Shown: piece after piece, positions 12,497 through 12,551 of the stretch
Numbering within the stretch: position 1 is the first letter of the stretch
Layout of the letters: each line of letters opens with the position of its first letter
Virus record (IMG/VR): IMGVR_UViG_2703719355_000002
Location: 1-12,551 of that record
Direction: 5' to 3' (one strand)
DNA: 12,551 nucleotides
Source: a virus
Lineage: Duplodnaviria; Heunggongvirae; Uroviricota; Caudoviricetes
Translations under genes and position numbers: made by a program
Notes under the pieces: generated by a model
The model's input: only the letters and a program-made list of their open reading frames with translations
Database searches by the model: none
What the model was told of the DNA's origin: nothing

Positions 12497-12551
12497 AACA
12501 CTTATGGCTATCCAGACTAAATTCACTATCGCCACTTTTATTGGCGATGAA
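12489..12551 (+). CDS. kil: Kil-like host-killing/cell-division inhibitor, 5' part only (runs off the right edge)
   Basis: MDKTLMAIQTKFTIATFIGDE matches my recollection of the lambda Kil N-terminus (MDQTLMAIQTKFTIATFIGDE...). AGGAG RBS 9 nt upstream; ATG overlaps the cIII 3' end. Confidence 0.65.
   Translation, partial: MDKTLMAIQTKFTIATFIGDE

Overview
This window reads as the control and replication core of a lambdoid (lambda/DLP12-like) enterobacterial prophage, in reverse orientation to the standard lambda map. From left to right: SAR-type endolysin (5' part only, minus strand) <- dual-start holin <- ~600 bp late leader with an intrinsic terminator <- Q-like protein <- nin-type region (small ORF, RusA, YbcO-like, NinF, NinE, phage Dam methyltransferase, two tandem HNH endonucleases, NinB) <- bifunctional primase-helicase <- O-like replication initiator carrying palindromic iterons inside its own coding sequence <- CII <- Cro | divergent operator region | CI repressor -> two-gene AT-rich cargo cassette in the rexAB position -> terminator -> OL/PL -> nutL -> small Arg-rich N-like ORF -> small ORFs (one antisense, with direct repeats) -> Ea10-like -> CIII -> Kil (partial). 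Most minus-strand genes are chained by ATGA/GTGA stop-start overlaps. The best candidate for an undescribed system is the overlapping two-gene cassette directly downstream of cI (9724..10519): a 145-aa protein with no motif I recognise plus a 123-aa coiled-coil protein with one C-terminal transmembrane helix, sitting in the classic immunity-region defence slot. Product names rest on my recollection of lambda/DLP12 protein sequences and on motifs visible in the translations; no database search was run. All promoter, operator, nut and terminator calls are by-eye sequence inference.
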